Positions 58,842 to 64,000 of a stretch of DNA of 64,000 nt are shown piece after piece (the stretch's first letter is position 1; every line of letters starts with the position of its first letter). A program made the position numbers and the translations under genes. The stretch comes from Paramoeba atlantica (Eukaryota; Protista; Discosea), in the NCBI GenBank assembly GCA_977017575.1, contig CDRNVI010000053.1, forward strand, positions 620,001-684,000. The letters run 5' to 3'. The notes under the pieces were generated by a model, which was not told the origin of the DNA, did not search any database, and saw nothing but the letters and a program-made list of their open reading frames with translations.

Positions 58842-60446
58842 AGGCTCTTCGTTAAACGCGGCGGTTGTTTTCAACTTAGAAGTCACTCATGCTGCGCGCT
58901 TCGCGTTGAAAACTACAACCGCGTTTAACGAAGAGCTTAAAAAAGAAAAATCTCCGAAAGATCATGAATAATCTCCTTTTTCGGGGGTAAATGCTCGATT
59001 TTTCGGCAACAATTGCGAAATTTTACACCGAATTTGGGCTGTTTTGGATGACTTACCAGTAGGGGCAGGAGTCGAATCTGTCGACAAAAACGTCGTAGAA
59101 TCGTAGCTGAGGTCCGAAACTCCTAAAACACGTTTTAGGAGTCGATTTTGGAAAAATAAGATTTTTACTTTTTTTTGGGTCTAAAAAAAGAATTTTTTTG
59201 GTCACCCCAAAAATTTCGGAAATTTTGACCTTGTCGGACCCCTCCCGCGCGTACCAGGGGGGGGTGGAAAATTATCGCCGCGGTATACTCTACCACTTCC
59301 CTACGCTCGATTTTGAAAAGCAAAAAATTCGAAAAAAAAATCGCGACGTATGCCCCTCCCCCCTGGATCCCCCATTTTTTCGAATTTTTTTTTCTGTTTT
59401 GGACCACCGGGGCCCCCTTTTATATTTTTTTCTTCTATTATATTACTGTGTTCCTCTTTATTTTTTCACTGTTTTTGATCACTTTTTTTTCAATAATCGA
59501 GGGTAGAGAGGTAGTTATAGAACCACCGCAATAAGCATACCGTATACCCCCCCCAGTAAGGTACCCCCCCAGTAAGAGAGATTTGGCCCTTCTTGGGCTG
59601 ACCCCCAGTAAGAGAGATTTGGCTTGGGAGCCCAACAGGGGGCGTATAGGGGGTAGGGGGTGAGCGTCTGCATGTTGAGGGCCTCGGGGATAACCCAAAG
59701 AAGCGTTTTAACACGTTTTCAGAAGCAAAAAATAGAAAAAATTGTCAAAGAAGTTGGGAGAAAAGAGGAAACTGGCCAAAAAAGCATACCCCCCCCAATA
59801 AGAGAGATTTGGCCATTTCGACCCAAGACCCATTCTCCTCCTGGGGGGCGTATACGGTAATAGAAGAAAAAAATATAAAAAGGGGCTCCGGTGGTCCAAA
59901 ACTGAAAAAACAAAATTGAAAAAAATGGGGGATTTAGGGGGGGGGTCCAGGGGGGCATACGTCGCGAAATTTTTTTTCGATTTTTTTACTTTTCGAAATC
60001 GAGCGCAGGGAAGTGGTAGAGTAGGCCGCGGCGATAATTTTCCATCCCCCCCGGTACGCGCAGGAGGGGTCCAACAAGGTCAAAATTTCCGAAATTTTGG
60101 GGGTGACCCAAAAAAAAGTAAAAATATTCTTTTTCCAAAATCGACTCCTAAAACGCGTTTTAAGAGTTTTAGACCTCAGCTACCATTCTGCGACATTTTT
60201 TTCGCCAGATTCGCCTCCTACGTCTATTGGTAAGGCATCAAAAACGGCCCAAATCTGGGGTAAATTTTCGCAATTTTCGCCTAAAAATCGAGCTGTTTCA
60301 CCCAAAAAAATAGTTATTCAAGATCCTTTTTTGGCGATTTTTCTTTTTTAGGCTCTTCGTTAAACGCGGTGGTAGTTTTCAACGCGAAGCGCACAGCATG
60401 AGTGAGTTCTAAGTTGAAAACAACCGCCGCGTTAAACGAAGAGCCT
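58842..60446. repeat. 1.6-kb fold-back: ~600-bp imperfect inverted arms, each capped by a 97-bp hairpin
   Basis: 58842-59440 matches the reverse complement of 59858-60446 along its whole length. Terminal 34-29-34 inverted repeats at 58842-58938 and 60350-60446. Confidence 0.92.
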
Positions 60447-60452
60447 GTGTTA

Positions 60453-60470
60453 TTGTTGTTGTTGTTGTTG
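60453..60470 (+). repeat. (TTG)6 microsatellite
   Basis: Read directly; lies between the fold-back arm and the 3' end of the retroelement. Confidence 0.95.
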
Positions 60471-60696
60471 GTAACAAGAGCGCCTGCAATCCCCACATGC
60501 AAGCGCCGCAAGTACCACTCCAGCTCTCGGGCTCGACCCGAGTACGGGGACGCAAGGCTATCTTAGGTCGCTTCACCAGTGACAATGAACACTCCGTAGT
60601 TAGCCTACCATGTGTCACTCCCACTGGGAGGGTTCCTGTTCGAGCACGAACGCCGCGTTTTGGAAATGCTGTGTATCATGGGATACATACCACATA

Positions 60697-62426
60697 TTAC
60701 ATGTCTGAAGATTCTGATTCGCGAAACCCTATCGTCCTACTGACGAACGTCGTACCAAATTCTTTATACCTATTCCACGCGTACTGCAAACGGGTCCACG
60801 TGTTTAATCTCCTAGACTCAAGATCCGCTTGTGTGTAGTTTATATTTGGTCGCGTACCGACATCTGCCAAATTTTACTGGCTTGGAATATCACATATTAT
60901 GAGTCTGCCGAAGAAGGTGGTATGGGGAGCTACTATCTCATCCAACTTTTGAATCGGCGAGTATCCTTTTATAAAAGCTCGTGATGCAGGCACGCTGTCA
61001 CTGGCTATGATAACGTTCGAGAGACCTCGACGCAATGCTACTTGAATTGCGCGCGAGATGGCAGTTGCTTCGGCCAAAACTACTTCAAGTTGACATTTTT
61101 CTTCTACAACGTATTCAGACAGAATGATTCCATTTTCTAGTGGCCAGACAGCCCATCGTGTGGTAGTGGCATCTACCGCGGCATAAAAGACTCTTTTATT
61201 GCTTGCACCTTTTCGATGCATCTTCCAATCACATAGTTTTAAGTTCTTGTGATAAATTCGTTCGGAGAGAGATAATATTTGATGTCTTACTTCAAGTGGA
61301 ATGTTTTCTGTGTCCCAATTTTCCACTGTTCCGAGATCACTTTGATGTTTTGTTAATCTACCTAGCATTCGTTGAGGTATTCCCAGGATGGTAGAGGCGT
61401 GCCGAAAATAACCGCAGTATTGAAATAATGTGCGCGGTGTTAGAGTGGACAGGGCCTGTGCTGCGCTGTGCCAACATTGGACCCTATTAGGATCGACCTT
61501 CCATGAGAGATTTCCACTATTTTGTATTATTTGAATTCCGCAGTACGTGAATATGAATGAACTAGGTTCAAGGGTGATGTATTTTGCTACGACATTGCAC
61601 GCCTGGAAGTTGTGTACCAGATGCCGGTACCATTCTCTAAGTTGATTATCTGATGATACAATTAGGAAGGAATCGTACATTAGGGCTATAAAGCCGAATC
61701 CATCTAGGCGCATGATTCCAGGTACATCAATGCTGTTAGAAGCGTTTTCGAGACATCCTGAATTAAGTGTACTGTCTTGGCGATATAATATGATGCTCCA
61801 CATCAGACTTTGGGCTATGCTGCATGCGTGCTTATAGCCCATGGGTAAGACGGTTGGTCGGAGAAACGTATTATCTTGCCGTAAACAGCACGCTTTCCCG
61901 AGCGTCGAAGAGATTGGTATTTGATAATACCAATTTCGGATGTCGCCATGCAGAAATCTGAGTTGCTTTGCGGCACAGTCTACAAGACTAATCAGCGATT
62001 GAACAAGATCTTGCGTGCTGGGAATATTAAAATCAATGCCAGCAATTGTAGTTTTTTCATTGCACCATCGCAGGTCAAATATGGCGCGTGAATAGGTTTC
62101 GTCTTTGAAAACGGCCACACAAATATTTATTTACCCATAAATATTTATTTGCCCACACCTCGAACGACATCGGGTGCAACGGGTCTTAAAACACCGACGT
62201 CTGAAAGTGTTTGCAAATGGTTTCGATAGTGAACAGAGTTCGGCGCGTCAAGCTCATTATGAACATCTTCGAATGGCCTAGTCGAGAGTAATTCTACAGC
62301 TTGGCGCCCATAGGGGGTTTTTGTGAATAAAGCATGATGGACTTTCATTCCCCCAACATTTATCAATGGACATAGTGGGTCCCTATCGCTCGCGAATCCT
62401 CCGCGAGAAGCATTCTCGTATAGCAT
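60697..62426 (-). pseudogene. Reverse transcriptase-RNase H, disrupted
   Basis: Motifs RAIFDLR, HGDIRNWYYQIP, VLPMG, LMYDSF, YCGI; RNase H VDAT, LAEATAI, SDS and IPSQ*NLAD. Frameshift with stops at an 18-nt imperfect duplication (about 62120-62155); premature TAA at 60874-76; natural stop at 60697-99. Confidence 0.9.
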
Positions 62427-62615
62427 TACGTCTTCGTAGCATTCTACATAGTGCTGCACAGTGGACACCACTCTATTCACCAGTTAGATCTGAACTGGTG
62501 GGTAATACAGGCTATTACACAGTGGAGTCTAAAAACATTGTCATATCTAAAAGACATATTCTATATCCAAGCATATTTTTTTTTGAATTAAAAGACTTGT
62601 TTGTAATGCGTTGCA

Positions 62616-63514
62616 TTAGGGCATAGAGTATTGCGTTACGGAATATTCAGACATCCACCGTCCACGACGAAGTCTAATTGATAAATCAACTCCTTGTCTT
62701 TTCAGATGGCCTTCTCCATCATGGCGAAGACTGTGAAAGCTCCATTTTTGATGCGGGTTCCACTTTAGTTCCGATGCGACCGTATTGATTAATTTGTTTG
62801 CCTTAACTTTGTTCCAATTAGAGAATAACAATATACATTGTATATACTATTGTTGTTTTGTAGGAGGTGCCGCAATAGAAGCTTGACCTCTGGCGCTTCT
62901 ACAGTATCGACTTCATGGCGTTGACGAGCCTTTCCACCACGAATACGAATTATCGCCTCGTCCGCTATTTCAACATCGTCTCTACGGAGAGCATGTAACT
63001 GACTGTGCCGTAAGAGAGCGTAGAACGCAATCGCATACCCTTGAGCGTAAAAAAGTTCACCCATGTTGCTGTATGCGCGTGTTAATTCTCGAAGCTGTTC
63101 GTAAGTTATCGAGCCTCGGGGTTGGGGGTCCAAGCAGAGACGGCAGGCGCCTTTAAATCGCCTGCGAAAACGGAAAGATTGAGTACAACAGTTAAGATTG
63201 AGTCCAACAGTACAAATGGGCATATCCTCCAATTGACGCCACACCAGTGCCGCCCGAAATGATTCGAGGGTGGGGGCGCGGTAAAAACGAGAAACACTGA
63301 CACAAAATGCAAGAAATGTTTCCTCAGTAATATTTGAAACACCTTGCACATCGAGTAACTCCTCCAGGCGCGAAAAGTAAAATATTCGCTTTTGCGCGGT
63401 CCTTGGGGCTACAGAAAGTTGCGCAAGTCGAAGATGATCTTGATTATACAATGAGCGTTGGATTCCCGACCTAATTTGGGAATCGTTAACACGGCGTCGC
63501 CTATGAACAACCAT
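62616..63514 (-). pseudogene. Tyrosine recombinase, frameshifted near 62830
   Basis: Catalytic motifs ALLRHSQ (R), GGKAR (K), FHSLRH (HxxR), GRW (W) and TQYS (Y); ATG at 63514. Confidence 0.9.
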
Positions 63515-63575
63515 CTGCTCCAAAAGCAAAAATAGGGACGAGAAAACTAAAATATATGAAATAAAGGAAAGCACG
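63515..63575 (-). promoter_or_regulatory. Putative trans-splice acceptor (pyrimidine tract plus CAG) immediately before the YR ATG
   Basis: The minus strand reads CTTTCCTTTATTTC...TTTTCTCGTCCCTATTTTTGCTTTTGGAGCAG-ATG. Confidence 0.5.
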
Positions 63576-64000
63576 TCGCGAATATGACGTCTAATGCGAC
63601 GCTCCTATTTTTTAAATTTCTATGCTCATTTTTATGAGCAGAAACTAGATAGTGCTCAAGATAAATCTAAAATGAGCTATAGTGTGAGCTTGCCGACTGA
63701 GAGTATATGGGGATGTATTGTGCTGAATGCTTCATTCATAAAAAAATCGCTGTACGGATAACTTGAGTATGCTTATAGCACAAGTGTTTATAATGATATG
63801 GCGTATAGCACTCTATATTGCGTATATTAATGAAATTTTTGCTCTTATATTTAAAAATACTTTTCCGTTATAAAGTATAATGCATAGAAATATTCGATGG
63901 AGTTCAACAAGTATTCGATGGTGTTCAACTCATGCTACTGATGTGTACTAGGTGAATGTATTCCGATAGTTTTTATTCCGAGTTGTTGTATAAATCCGAT

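Larger units (their letters stand above)
60471..63600 (-). mobile_element. DIRS-order tyrosine-recombinase retrotransposon with VIPER/TATE gene order (YR then RT-RNase H), degenerate; ends not defined
   Basis: A YR ORF followed on the same strand by an RT/RNase H ORF, both disrupted. Confidence 0.85.

Noticed and set aside
58700-60520. Short ORFs (60-105 aa) across the fold-back
   Set aside because: Homopolymer-driven F/K/P/G-rich translations; frames are not preserved between the two arms.
54155-64000. Telomeric repeat array marking a chromosome end
   Set aside because: No TTAGGG or TTAAGGGG tandem array in the window, so a subtelomeric position is unproven.

Overview
Eukaryotic, intron-less, gene-dense DNA with kinetoplastid-type organisation. 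Every host gene from 1 to 54155 lies on the + strand, as in a polycistronic unit, and the TBP is of the divergent TRF4 type. The lineage (probably a non-trypanosomatid kinetoplastid) is inferred, not shown. Most of the window is a 25,884-bp direct tandem duplication (1-24971 repeats at 25885-50855, junction at 24971/24972). The unit carries the 3' part of a SOS1-like Na+/H+ exchanger, an RMD1/DUF155 protein, NOP14, TBCD, a TBP-related factor, a ~620-nt GC-rich structured non-coding segment, a 1708-aa helical protein, a type I DnaJ, a candidate box C/D snoRNA, a divergent acyl-CoA dehydrogenase, a TA-flanked MITE, two hypothetical proteins and the start of a TPR/Mlp-like coiled-coil gene (complete only in the last copy). 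After 54155 the gene cluster ends in a degraded mobile-element region: a Tc1-like DNA transposon with a nested 578-bp insertion, a 1.6-kb fold-back with hairpin-capped arms, and a VIPER/TATE-type YR-RT-RNase H retroelement plus an older remnant of the same family. The best novelty candidates are the structured RNA (telomerase-RNA-like hypothesis), the Tc1 with its nested insertion, and the fold-back/YR element pair. All protein calls are motif recognition by eye; no searches were run.
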